The position numbers and the translations under genes were made by a program. Below are positions 25,438 through 36,577 of a stretch of DNA of 64,000 bases, piece after piece. The DNA is from Eledone cirrhosa (Eukaryota): the NCBI GenBank assembly GCA_964016885.1, contig OZ024764.1:7316001-7380000 (forward strand), in the 5' to 3' direction. Position 1 is the first letter of the stretch; the number at the start of each line of letters is the position of its first letter. The notes below the pieces were generated by a model. That model searched no databases. It was not told the origin of the DNA and saw only the letters and a list, made by a program, of their open reading frames with translations.

Positions 25438-26076
25438 GTGAAAATACAATAGTATATATAGAGTAATGTAAATGTTATGTGAGGTAAAGCCTATACTGTG
25501 AAAATACAATAATATATGTAGAGTATCTCACTCTTCCTCTTTCTTTCTCTGGCTTTCTCTATTGTATACACTCCCTCTCTTCTTGTTTACACTCCCTCTC
25601 TTCTTGTTTACTTTGCCACAGAACAACTTCTCATTTCTGAATATCTACAATCTCTCTCTCCTTCTCTTCTCCCCCCCCCCCCCCTCTCTATATATATATG
25701 TCTATGTATGTACTGCATGCCGTACTTTTTCCAGGATAAATGTTTGTGTAATATCAAATTAATTATTCTCTATCCTCATTGTACTTGTGATACATACATA
25801 TATATATATCTTTTTCTATGTCTCATTCCTTTATTTCTTTAGATAAATTGTAAACAATTATTGAAGTAGAGAAAGCTCCAGCTGGCTTTGTGAAAAAAAA
25901 AGAATAAAAATCACTGAATTATTTTCTTCCATTTTCTATGTATGAAGGAGTGGGAGTGAGGTTAAAGAGAGAAAAGCAGCTCCCCTACCCCACACTCTGC
26001 CATGGCAATTGGCTGGCATCATGGACTGCATGCCCTGCTTTCCATGTCACCCTTTGCTACTGATATATATATATAG

Positions 26077-26462
26077 GCTCATGGCTTAGTGGTTAGAGCA
26101 TTGGGCTTGCAATTGAAAGGTTGTGAGTTTAATTCTCAGACCGGGTGATGTGTTGTTTCCTTGAGCAAGACACTTTATTTCATATTGCTCCAGTTTACTC
26201 AGCTGTAGAAATGAGATGATAGGGACTGGGGTCCCTACCATTCCACTGCAAAGTGGTCGTGCAGGTGCCACGGCAAAAAAGCACCCAGCACTCACTGTAA
26301 ATGAGGTTGGTGTTAGGAAGGGCATCCAGCTGTAGAAATCAAGCCAGAATCAGTTCCTGTATGAGCAAGACATGGTAAACTGACCTAACATTGCCAACAA
26401 CAGGACAACCCGTCTAACCCATGCTAGCGTGGAAGAACGGACGTAAAACGGTGAGGATGAGG
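26077..26462 (+). mobile_element. tRNA-derived SINE, family B, with CORE-like middle and RTE-derived tail
   Basis: A box TGGCTTAGTGGTTAGAGC, degenerate B box, TCCTTGAGCAAGACACTT; 3' part (GTTGGTGTTAGGAAGGGCATCCAGCTGTAGAAA...CCCATGCTAGCGTGGAA..CGGACGTAAAACG) matches the RTE 3' UTR. Confidence 0.8.
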
Positions 26463-26463
26463 A

Positions 26464-28590
26464 GAGTAATATAAATGTTATGTGATATTATGTGAGGTAA
26501 AGCCTTTACTGTGAAAATACAATAGTATATATAGAGTAATGTAAATGTTATGTGAGATATTATGTGAGGTAAAGCCTTTACTGTGAAAATACAATAGTAT
26601 ATATAGAGTAATGTAAATGTTATGTGAGATATTATGTGAGGTAAAGCCTTTACTTTGAAAATACAATAGTATATATAGAGTAATGTAAATCTTATGTGAG
26701 ATATTATGTGAGGTAAAGCCTTTACTTTGAAAATACAATGGTATATATAGAGTAATGTAAATGTTATGTGAGATATTATGTGAGGTAAAGCCTTTACTGT
26801 GACAATACAATAGTATATATAGAGTAATATAAATGTTATGTGAGATATTATGTGAGGTAAAGCCTTTACTGTGAAAATACAATAGTATATATAGAGTAAT
26901 GTAAATGTTATGTGAGGTAAAGCCTTTACTGTGAAAATACAATAGTATATATAGAGTAATGTAAATGTTATGAGATATTATGTGAGGTAAAGCCTATACT
27001 GTGAAAATACAATAGTATATATAGAGTAATGTAAATGTTATGTGAGATATTATGTGAGGTAAAGCCTTTACTGTGAAAATACAATAGTATCATCATCATC
27101 ATCATTTAATGTCCATATTCCACGCTAGCATGGGTTTGGACGGGAGTTTTCCCACTTGAGGCAAGATAGGTTGTCTTGCTCGTATAGGACTGTCTGGCGG
27201 GTTTTCTACGGCTGGATGCCCTTCCTAACACCAACCACGTTTACAGTGTGGACTGGGAGGTTTTTACTGTGTTACCTACACGGCCACATTACAGCGTGGA
27301 CTGTGTGATGTTTTTTTTTTCGTAACACCTATACGACCTCATTTATTTCGGACTAGATGCTGTGGTACCAACATAACTTTACATCGAAAGGGGTGGTGGG
27401 GGTGGTTGGGCGGGGGTGTATTTTTGTTAGAGGTGCCTACTGACTGTAGGTTTCGCTTTGTACTTAGGCAAGGTGGGTCTTCTGTATTATTGTGTAGCGC
27501 CAAAGATCTTGGTCCAGTGACATTGTCATGGAGAGGTGTAAGTTGTGAGGTCAGAATTTATCAAGTCGTTCCAGGTTTTTCTGGGTCTGCCTACTCCGTG
27601 GCTACCGTCTATTTTTAACGCCCTGCACTTTTTTATACAGCTGTCGTCTTTCATGCGCATCACGTGACCATACCAACGTAGTCTTCTCTCCAGTAAACAA
27701 CATCTAATTTCTCCCTTAGTTCATTTATGCTTTGCCGTTCATGTATATTACTATTACACATCCAACGGAGCATGCAAGCTTCGGTCCTCTCCAGTCTGCG
27801 TATATCCTCTGCACACAATGCCCAGGTCTCACTGCCATGTAACATTGCTGTTCGTATGCAGGCATCATACAGCCTGCCTTTCATTTTTAGAGAGAACCCT
27901 TTAGCGGCCAATAGTGGTATAAGCTCTCTGAACTTTTTCCATCCCGTTCTGACTCTAGCTACTGTACTTTCAGAGCACCCTCCACCACTGCTGATTTTGT
28001 CACCCAGGTAACGGTAGGTGTCCACTATTTCTATATATAGAGTATATGTAGAGTAATGTAAATGTTATGTGAGATATGTGAGGTAAAGCCTTTACTGTGA
28101 AAATGCAATAGTATATATAGAGTAATGTAAATGTTATGTGAGGTAAAGCCTTTACCATGAAAATATATATAGTAATGTAAATGTTATGTGAGATATTATG
28201 TGAGGTAAAGCCTTTACTGTGAAAATACAATAGTATATATAGAGTAATGTAAATCTTATGTGAGATATTATGTGAGGTAAAGCCTTTACTGTGAAAATAC
28301 AATAGTATATATAGAGTAATGTAAATGTTATGTGAGATATTATGTGAGGTAAAGCCTTTACTGTGAAAATACAATAGTATATATAGAGTAATGTAAATGT
28401 TATGTGAGATATTATGTGAGGTAAAGCCTTTACTGTGACAATACAATAGTATATATAGAGTAATGTAAATGTTATGTGAGATATGTGAGGTAAAGCCTTT
28501 ACTGTGAAAATACAAAAGTATATATAGAGTAATGTAAATGTTATGTGAGATATGTGAGGTAAAGCCTTTACTGTGAAAATATAATAGGAT
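26464..28590. repeat. 72-bp satellite, interrupted by an RTE at 27090-28032 (partial units also at 24590-24620 and 25438-25525)
   Basis: Unit GTGAGGTAAAGCCTTTACTGTGAAAATACAATAGTATATATAGAGTAATGTAAATGTTATGTGAGATATTAT. Confidence 0.95.
27090..28032 (-). mobile_element. RTE LINE 3' fragment with UTR and tail
   Basis: ORF 27660-28025 matches the RTE C-terminus; (CAT)n at 27090-27105. Confidence 0.92.
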
Positions 28591-29687
28591 ATATAAAATA
28601 ATGTGAATGCTTTGAATTAATAAACATCAAACAGACTTTGCTTTAGAAGTACGTTTTTTGTACCGGTTAAATAGTTTTCTTCTTTAATGTTAAATGTGTA
28701 TTTTATAATTGAAGCATATATATATATATCATCACTTAATGTCCACTTTCCACCGCAACATGGGTTAGACAGGAGCTTCAGGTCCATCTATATACATACT
28801 TGCAACATGCCCAAGTACACTTCTCTACTGGTATATTCATTATACATCACTACTTTATCATATTTTTGACAGTTATAAGCTTAAAATTACAGGTGCTTTT
28901 ATTGGGGTTCCAGCACCACCACTTTACAATGTGTAAATGGGTGCATTTTGTGGTGACATCAGCACAACCGTTTTACAGAGTGAACTGGAAGCATTTTATT
29001 GAGGTCCCAACATTACCACTGTAGAGAGCTGGGTGCATTTTATCATGGCACCAGCACAACCACTTTACAATGTGAACTAGGCATATTTTGTTGTTGCACC
29101 TGCACAACTATTTTACAGTGGGTACATTTTATTGTAGCACCAGCATTACCACTCAACAGAGTGCACTGGTTGCATTAACCTTTAGAATGCTGTTGGCAAC
29201 ACATTGCACCATAGAGTAGTCTCCCCTTAATAAATAATGTAGTGCCAAGGGAAACAACTCATTAAAATTACTAGCACGCTAAAGGCTAAGATTTATCACA
29301 TATCACAATATAGTTTTTCTCTTGTATAAATACATTTGTAAGTAGCATAATTGTTTCTACTTTAGGCACAAGGCCAGCAATTACCCAGTGCATTACTGGT
29401 ACTTTATTTTATCGACCCTGTAAGGATGAAAGGCAAAGTCAACCTCGGCGGGATTTGAACTCAGATCGTAAGGGGACATAACTATGCTGGAAAGCATGGC
29501 GTCCAACCCTCTACCGATACTGCCAATCCACCGCCCTTGTAAGTAGCATAATGATTAATATCTAGAGGGGATATGGGTGCTGCCAGGTTTAACAATGCCC
29601 TAGAAATGCCATATATCAATACAGTGCCCCATTGACTACCCCAGGAGTTACAGGAACATGCATACATGCTTAATGACTAACGATGAA

Positions 29688-30201
29688 TGGAAGAAGTTTA
29701 GGGAGCTGCTTTCTCTGTTGACAAAGAAGGGTTTCTCCCTACGAGTGAAAGGCTGGTTATACGATGCCTGTGTGAGATGCGCAATGCTGCATGGTAGTAA
29801 GACATGCGCAGCAACTGCGAAGGATATGCAATGGCTGGAGAGAAATAAAGCAAGCATGCTCCATTGGATGTGCAATGTCAATGTGTGTGAATAACCAAGC
29901 ATAGATGAGTTGAGAGAGAAACTGTATAAGAGGGATAAGTTGTAGTGTGTGGGAGAGAAGACTGCATTGGTATGGACATGTGATGTGCATGGAGGATGAC
30001 TGCTGGGTAAAGAAGTGCCAAGAAATCCCAGTTGAAGGAAAACCATTAAAATCAAGGGTGGAGTGGTGAGAGCAAACCTCAGATCGCTGAAGCTCACAGA
30101 GGTGACGAAGGACCGTGACAAATGGAGAGATGCTGTGCTGAATAAGACCCGTCCCACCATTGCATGCAAGGAAAAGCAGACGTAAAATGATGATGATGAT
30201 G
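29688..30201 (+). mobile_element. Degenerate RTE 3' fragment whose (GAT)n tail abuts the ZNF stop codon
   Basis: WKKFRELLSLLTKKGFSLRVKGWLYDAC in ORF 29658-29894; tail GACGTAAAATGATGATGATGATG at 30179-30201. Confidence 0.88.
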
Positions 30202-31749
30202 TCAGGGATATTGCTTGTCTCCTGTATGTATATTTTTGTGGGTAGTTAAATAATTTCTGTGAGAGAATGATTTACCACAGATATCACAGTGGTAGGGCTT
30301 CTCTCCTGTATGAATATGTTTGTGTTCAATGAAGGGGTTTCTGTGAGAGAATGATTTACCACAGACATCGCAGTAATATGGTTTTTCTCCTGTATGAATA
30401 CGTTTATGTTCAATTAAGGTATTTCTTTGAGAGAATGACTTATCACAGATATCACACTGATATGGCTTCTCTCCTGTGTGAATACGTTTATGAGTAGTTA
30501 ATTCACCATTTTGCGAGAATGATTTATCACAGATATCACAATGGTATGGCTTCTCTCCTGTATGAATACGTTTGTGAGTAGTCAAAGTACTTTTCCAAGA
30601 GAATGAATTACCACAGACATCACAATGATATGGCCTCTCTCCTGTATGGATATATTTGTGTCTGTTTAAAGTACATGCTTGAAAGAAAGATTTACCACAG
30701 ACAGCACAGCAATATGGCTTCTCTCCTGAATGAAGGCATTTGTGAGCAGTTAACTGAGTAATTCCAGAGAATGATTTACCACAGATATCACAAAGATACG
30801 TCTTATCTCTAGTATGAATAAGTTTGTGAGTAGTTACGTGACTTCCATGTGAGAATGATTTACCACAAATATCACAGTGATATGGCTTCTCTCCTGTATG
30901 TATACGTTTGTGAGTAGTTAAGGTATCAATTCTAGTAAATGATTTACAACAGATATCACACTGATATGGTTTCTCTCCTGTATGAATACGTGTGTGAGTA
31001 GTGAAATCATTATTTCTAGAAAATGATTTACCACAGATATCACAGTGATATGGTTTTTCTCCTGTATGAATACGTTTGTGTTTCGTTAAGACACCGTGTC
31101 CAGCGAATGATTTGCCACAGACATCACAGAGATATGGCTTCTCTCCTGTATGAACGCGTTTGTGTGTATTTAAGGTACTTCCTTGAGAGAAAGATTTACC
31201 ACAGACATCACAGTGATATGGTTTCCCTCCTGTATGAACACGTTTGTGAGTACTCAAGGTACTACCTTTAGAGAAAGATTTATCACAGATATCACAGTGA
31301 TAAGGTTTCTCTCCTGTATGAATACGTATGTGTCTAGTTAAGTCACTACTCACAGAAAATGGCTTAGAACAGATATCACAGTGATATGGTTTCTCTCCTG
31401 TATGAACCCGTTTGTGATTAGTTAACACACCACTTCCAGAGAACGATTTACCACAGATATCACAGTGATATGGCTTCTCTCCTGTATGGATACGTTTGTG
31501 TCTAGTTAGGTGACTAATTTCAGAGAATGATTTATCACAGATATCACAGTGGTATGGCTTCTCTCCTGTATGGATACGTCTGTGTTTAGTTAAGTCACCT
31601 CTTCGAAAGAATGATTTACCACAGATGTCACAGTGGTATGGCTTCTCTCCTGAATGAATACTTTTTTTTTTAGGTAAGTTGCTAGTTTGAGAAAATGTCT
31701 TTTTACAGATATCACCATGGTATAGTGGATTTTCCATGTCTTTTGACAT
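30202..31749 (-). CDS. Tandem C2H2 zinc-finger protein, 515 aa (17 intact fingers plus 1 degenerate N-terminal finger)
   Basis: 17 x 28-aa repeats [11 protein letters not shown]....[11 protein letters not shown] in one ORF; putative upstream acceptor tttcttatatttcag| at 32655/32654. Confidence 0.95.
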   Translation of the reverse strand: MSKDMENPLYHGDICKKTFSQTSNLPKKKSIHSGEKPYHCDICGKSFFRRGDLTKHRRIHTGEKPYHCDICDKSFSEISHLTRHKRIHTGEKPYHCDICGKSFSGSGVLTNHKRVHTGEKPYHCDICSKPFSVSSDLTRHIRIHTGEKPYHCDICDKSFSKGSTLSTHKRVHTGGKPYHCDVCGKSFSQGSTLNTHKRVHTGEKPYLCDVCGKSFAGHGVLTKHKRIHTGEKPYHCDICGKSFSRNNDFTTHTRIHTGEKPYQCDICCKSFTRIDTLTTHKRIHTGEKPYHCDICGKSFSHGSHVTTHKLIHTRDKTYLCDICGKSFSGITQLTAHKCLHSGEKPYCCAVCGKSFFQACTLNRHKYIHTGERPYHCDVCGNSFSWKSTLTTHKRIHTGEKPYHCDICDKSFSQNGELTTHKRIHTGEKPYQCDICDKSFSQRNTLIEHKRIHTGEKPYYCDVCGKSFSHRNPFIEHKHIHTGEKPYHCDICGKSFSHRNYLTTHKNIHTGDKQYP

Positions 31750-31839
31750 CTTTTTGGGGGGATGGGGCGTGATATCAATTATTTAAGTTTATGTAATTCA
31801 TTTTTCAATATTTTTCTTTTCTGTTTTTTTGTTTTTTTT

Positions 31840-31975
31840 TAGCTTGGCTGGTCATGCTTGGAGATCCAGCTGTATCAGTTAGAGATGGTTGTTTCTGACA
31901 GGACCCATTGAAGGGAGTGTTTGAGGACTCTGCTGCCCAATGACCCTCTCAGCAATGTGGACCAAGAAAAACAGA
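31840..31975 (+). mobile_element. Old LINE C-terminal remnant (related copy at 63790-63920, minus strand)
   Basis: SLAGHAWR-type motif; AGCTTGGCTGGTC and TTTCTGACAGGACCCA are shared with the reverse complement of 63790-63920. Confidence 0.55.
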
Positions 31976-32796
31976 TATTTCTATAATGACATAAATATTT
32001 CTACTCTTATATCTCCATTAGCTCTCATCTTTAGCAATAATTCAAGATGCTGCAATCTCCTTTTGTGAATTTGTCCAAGTTTAATTAGAATTTAAAGTCA
32101 TCTTCTTCATATTCCATACAGCAAAGGAGCCAAGATATGAAGAGAATTGTTGAAAAATGTTAGTATTAATCTCAGTTCAGAAGAAATTCCACAGACACAT
32201 GAACCCTTAATGTAGTTCTCAGGGAGATTCAGCACGATTTAGAGCGTAACAAAGCTGGTTCTTTGAATTCCAGGTACAGTCCATCTTGTATTATAGTTTA
32301 AGTGGCTGAGCATTCCACAGACATGTACCATTAACGTAGTTCTCAGGAGATTCAGCATAACATGCAATGTGACAAAGGCTGACTCTTTGAATTACAGTCA
32401 CAGTCAATCCAATGGGCTTCCAAACAGTTGCTGTCTACCAAATTTCCCACAAGCCAGTCGTCATCAGTTGTCTTAAGAAGAAATATTCCACAGTTATTCA
32501 CCAAAGATTTATATAGACAAGGTTTATGTAAATCCCTTTTGTATAACACCTTTTAGTTGGTTTTTTTTTTTTATTAAAAAAAAAAAAAAAGCTAATGAAC
32601 ATTAAAGATAAATCTGGTGTAAAAAATGGCTGTATGTCGGTGTTATCTGGTGTTCTGAAATATAAGAAAGAAACATTGTGAGATATTTAGAAAGTAGAAA
32701 TAAAACGGGAAATTTTACTACATTGAATGTTAAACGATGATGATAAACTGTAGATATAACACTTTCTTCTTCTATACAACATAGGACGTAAAACAA

Positions 32797-33395
32797 TGAT
32801 GATGATCATCATTTTACGTTTGCTTTTCTTTGCTTGCAAGGGTTGGACGGGTCCTATTCAGCACAGCATCTCTCCATTCGTCATCTTCTCTGTAAGCTTC
32901 AGCGATCTTATGTCAGCTCTCACCACCTCTGCCCATGTCTTCCTTCTACTGGGATTTCTTGGCACTTCTTCACCCAGCGGTCATCCTCCATGCGCATCAT
33001 ATGTCCATACCATCGCAGTCTTCTCTCCCACACACTACAGTTTCTCTCTCAAGTCGTCTATGCTTGGTCGTTCATGCACATTGACATTGCACATCCAACG
33101 GAGCATGCTTGCTTCATTTCTCTCCAGCCCAGCCGTCGCATATCCTCTGCAGTTGCTGCCCATGTCTCACTAGCATGCAGCATTGCGCATCTCACACAGG
33201 CATCATATAACCGGCCTTTTGTACGCAGGGAGAAACCCTTCTTTGTCAACAGAGGAAGCAGCTCCCTAAACTTCTTCCAACCTGTTCTTATTCAAGATAC
33301 TATGTCCTTGGAACACCCTCCTCCTTTGCTAATCTGATAACCTAGGTATCAGAAGCTATCAACCACCCCTATAGATCCTACCTGCACTTGAAAAA
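32797..33395 (-). mobile_element. Degenerate RTE 3' fragment
   Basis: ORF 33058-33249 (KGFSLRTKGRLYDACVRCAMLHASETW); same family as 3317-4315. Confidence 0.88.
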
Positions 33396-33589
33396 TGTGT
33401 CTTTCACCAAGTACAACTTTGAGTGTAAGTGGCACATTAAACTCAGCTAAATACATAAACAGATACAGACAACAGATTGGGTTGGTGAAACGCTATAGCG
33501 ATGTGTGTTGCTTCCCTTTAGGGTTTACAGGCTACATAGCCTATTCGAATCCATTCCTTTCTCTTCTCACTCTATCTTTCTATAGCTGT

Positions 33590-34360
33590 TGGCACGTTAA
33601 ACTCAAAGATTGCACGTGGAGTTTGTTTGACGGGCAAACAATTTTTATTTAACTCTTATAACCAAGGGGTCACTGCTTCCGCTGCCAAACGGAATAAAAT
33701 TCGGAAATACCAGGACTTATCAAATAATTGTTTTTTCCAGCCTCTGGCGTTGAGATGTTGGGTGGAATTGGGCCGCTGACAGCGAAGTTCTTGTCATTGG
33801 CGGCTCGGCTCACCTTACTGAGGTTTCAGGTGATGCCTGTCAGAGTGTCTTAGTCTCGCCATCACCTCACCTTACTGAGGTGTCAGGTGATACCCGTGAG
33901 GGTCCCTGGTTATTTCAGCACCTTAGCCTCGCCTTACTGAGGTGTCAGGTGATACCCGTGAGGGTCCCTGGTTATTTCAGCACCCTAGCCTCACCTTACT
34001 GAGGTGTCAGGTGATACCCGTGAGGGTCCCTGGTTATTTCAGCACCTTAGCCTCACCTTACTGAGGTGTCAGGTGATACCCGTGAGGGTCCCTGGTTATT
34101 TCAGCACCTTAGCCTCACCTTACTGAGGTGTCAGGTGATACACGTGAGGGTCCCTGGTTATTTCAGCACCTTAACTTCACCTTACTGAGGTGTCAGGTGA
34201 TACTTATGAGGGTCCCTGGTTACTTCAGCACCTTAGCCTCACCTTACTGAGGTGTCAGGTGATACCCGTGAGGGTCCCTGGTTATTTCAGCACCCTAGCT
34301 TCGCCATCACCCGAGGTAATCCTACCAGTGTGTTGGCTTGCCTCAAAATGTGTAGTTAAC
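33590..34360 (+). mobile_element. CRE-like non-LTR element C-terminus (restriction-like endonuclease), with a 62-bp segment amplified ~8 times (33811-34300)
   Basis: Translates with frameshifts as ASAAKRNKIRKYQDLSNNCFFQPL.VEMLGGIGP...LTEVSGDTREGPWLFQHLS.AITRGNPTSVL. Confidence 0.8.
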
Positions 34361-34788
34361 CCCTAAGGTGTGAGGTGTGGCCTATTATCACACTTGGTGG
34401 GAAATTGCCATTTCCCACTGTTTTTTTCCTTTTTTATCCTAATTGTTCAATAAATTATATTATTATATTATTATACACAGTTTAGACAATATATTTGTAA
34501 TGTCTTCCTCAAGGAATTGCAACCAATTTATGTTATTTACACATTTGTTATGTTATTTATGTATATATTTAAAACATATTTACGCTATTCTACTGTAAAT
34601 TTATACAATTGTAATAAAAGTTTTATTCAGTACAATACTTCATAACAGTTGAAAGCAGCAAATAGCGAAACACTTGGAAATATTTACCTGTCTATATATT
34701 AAATATACATCAGTAATTTAGTTAGAATACAGGCTTTAATAAAAAAAAAACTGTAAGATTGTATTAAATTTCTAAACAATTATACATC

Positions 34789-34823
<35 letters not shown>

Positions 34824-35061
34824 GTAATAATAATAAATGTGAAGACTAAAATCCAAAGAGGGCTCGATAAGGATAAATATATATCAAATATATATTAAAA
34901 TAACAGGCAAGGTTTGTTTTTGTCTGTCAAAAGTGAAAGTTTGCGTCTCAGCAAGCGGTGAACCCTGCCTAAAGTTCCTCCCGTCGTTTATATCCGTAAA
35001 GTGAAATCACAATATTTTTCTTCTCTGTTCAATTTTTTTATTCTCTGTATGTTTAGCTCGT

Positions 35062-36515
35062 CCCTAACCCTAACCCAACCCTAACAACTAACCCTAACCT
35101 TAACAACTAACCCTAACCTTAACCCTAACCTAACCCTAACCCTAAAAACTAACCCTAACCCAACCCTAACAACTAACCCTAACCCTAACAACTAACCACA
35201 ACCCTAACAACTAACCCTAACCCTAACTCTAACAACTAACCCTAACCCAACCCTAACCCTAACCCTAATCCTAACAACTAACCACAACCCTAACAACTAA
35301 CCCTAACCCTAACAACTAACCCTAACCCAACCCTAACCCTAACAACTAACCACAACCCTAACAACTAACCCTAACCCTAACAACTAACCCTAACCCTAAC
35401 AACTAACCCTAACCCTAACCACAACAACTAACAACTAACCCTAACCCTAACCCTAACAACTAACCCTAACCCTAACAACTAAACCTAATCCTAACCCTAA
35501 CAACTAACCCTAACCCTAACAACTAACCCTAACAACTAACCCTAATCCTAACAACTAACCCTAACCCTAACCACTAAACCTAACCCTAACAACTAACCCT
35601 AACCCTAACAACTAACCCTAACCCTAACCCTAACCCTAACAACTAAACCTAACCTTAACAACTAACCCTAACCCTAGCAACTAACCCTAACCCTAACAAC
35701 TAACCCTAACCACTAACCCTAACCACTAACCCTAACCACTAACCCTAACAACTAACCCTAACAACTAACCCTAACAACTAACCCTAACCCTAGCAACTAA
35801 CCCTAACCATAACCCTAGCAACTAACCCTAACCACAACAACTAACCCTAACCACTAACCCTAACACTAACAACTAACCCTAACCCCTCACCCTAACAACT
35901 AACAACTAACCCTAACAACTAAACCTAATCCTAACCCTAACCCTAACCCTAACAACTAACCCTAACCCTAACAACTAACCCTAACCCTAACAACTAAACC
36001 TAACCCTAACAACTAACCCTAACCCTAACCCTAACAACTAACCCTAACCCTAACAACTAAACCTAACCTTAACAACTAACCCTAACCCTAACAACTAACC
36101 CTAACCCTAGCAACTAACCCTAACCCTAACAACTAACCCTAACAACTAACCCTAACCCTAACAACTAACCCTAACCCTAACAACTAACCCTAACCCTAAC
36201 AACTAACCCTAACCCTAACCACTAACCCTAGCAACTAACCCTAACCCTAACAACTAACCCTAACCCTAACAACTAACCCTAACCCTAACAACTAACCCTA
36301 ACCCTAACAACTAACCCTAACCCTAACCACTAACCCTAACAACTAACCCTAACAACTAACCCTAACCCTAACCCTAGCAACTAACCCTAACCCTAACCCT
36401 AACCGTAACCCTAGCAACTAACCCTAACCCTAACCACTAACCCTAACAACTAACCCTAACCACTAACAACTAACCATAACCCTAACCCTAACAACTAACC
36501 CTAACCCTAACCATA
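35062..36515. repeat. Interstitial telomere-like array: CCCTAA mixed with CAACTAA variants
   Basis: ~1.45 kb of (TTAGGG)/(TTAGTTG) on the minus strand, enclosed by ~33-bp inverted repeats at 34973-35004 and 36544-36577. Confidence 0.95.
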
Positions 36516-36577
36516 AATATATTACATTTGTTTTAATCTTTAGTCACTTTACGTCATCATAAACGACGAGAGGAACT

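Noticed and set aside
23276-28515. His/Tyr/Ile-rich ORFs (also 14094-16712, 44308-46115, 61301-63723)
   Set aside because: Translations of micro- and minisatellites
31023-31271. 82-aa plus-strand ORF within the ZNF
   Set aside because: Antisense reading of the finger repeats
35062-36515. True chromosome end or telomere-fusion site
   Set aside because: Single orientation, many variant units, bounded by inverted repeats with ordinary DNA on both sides
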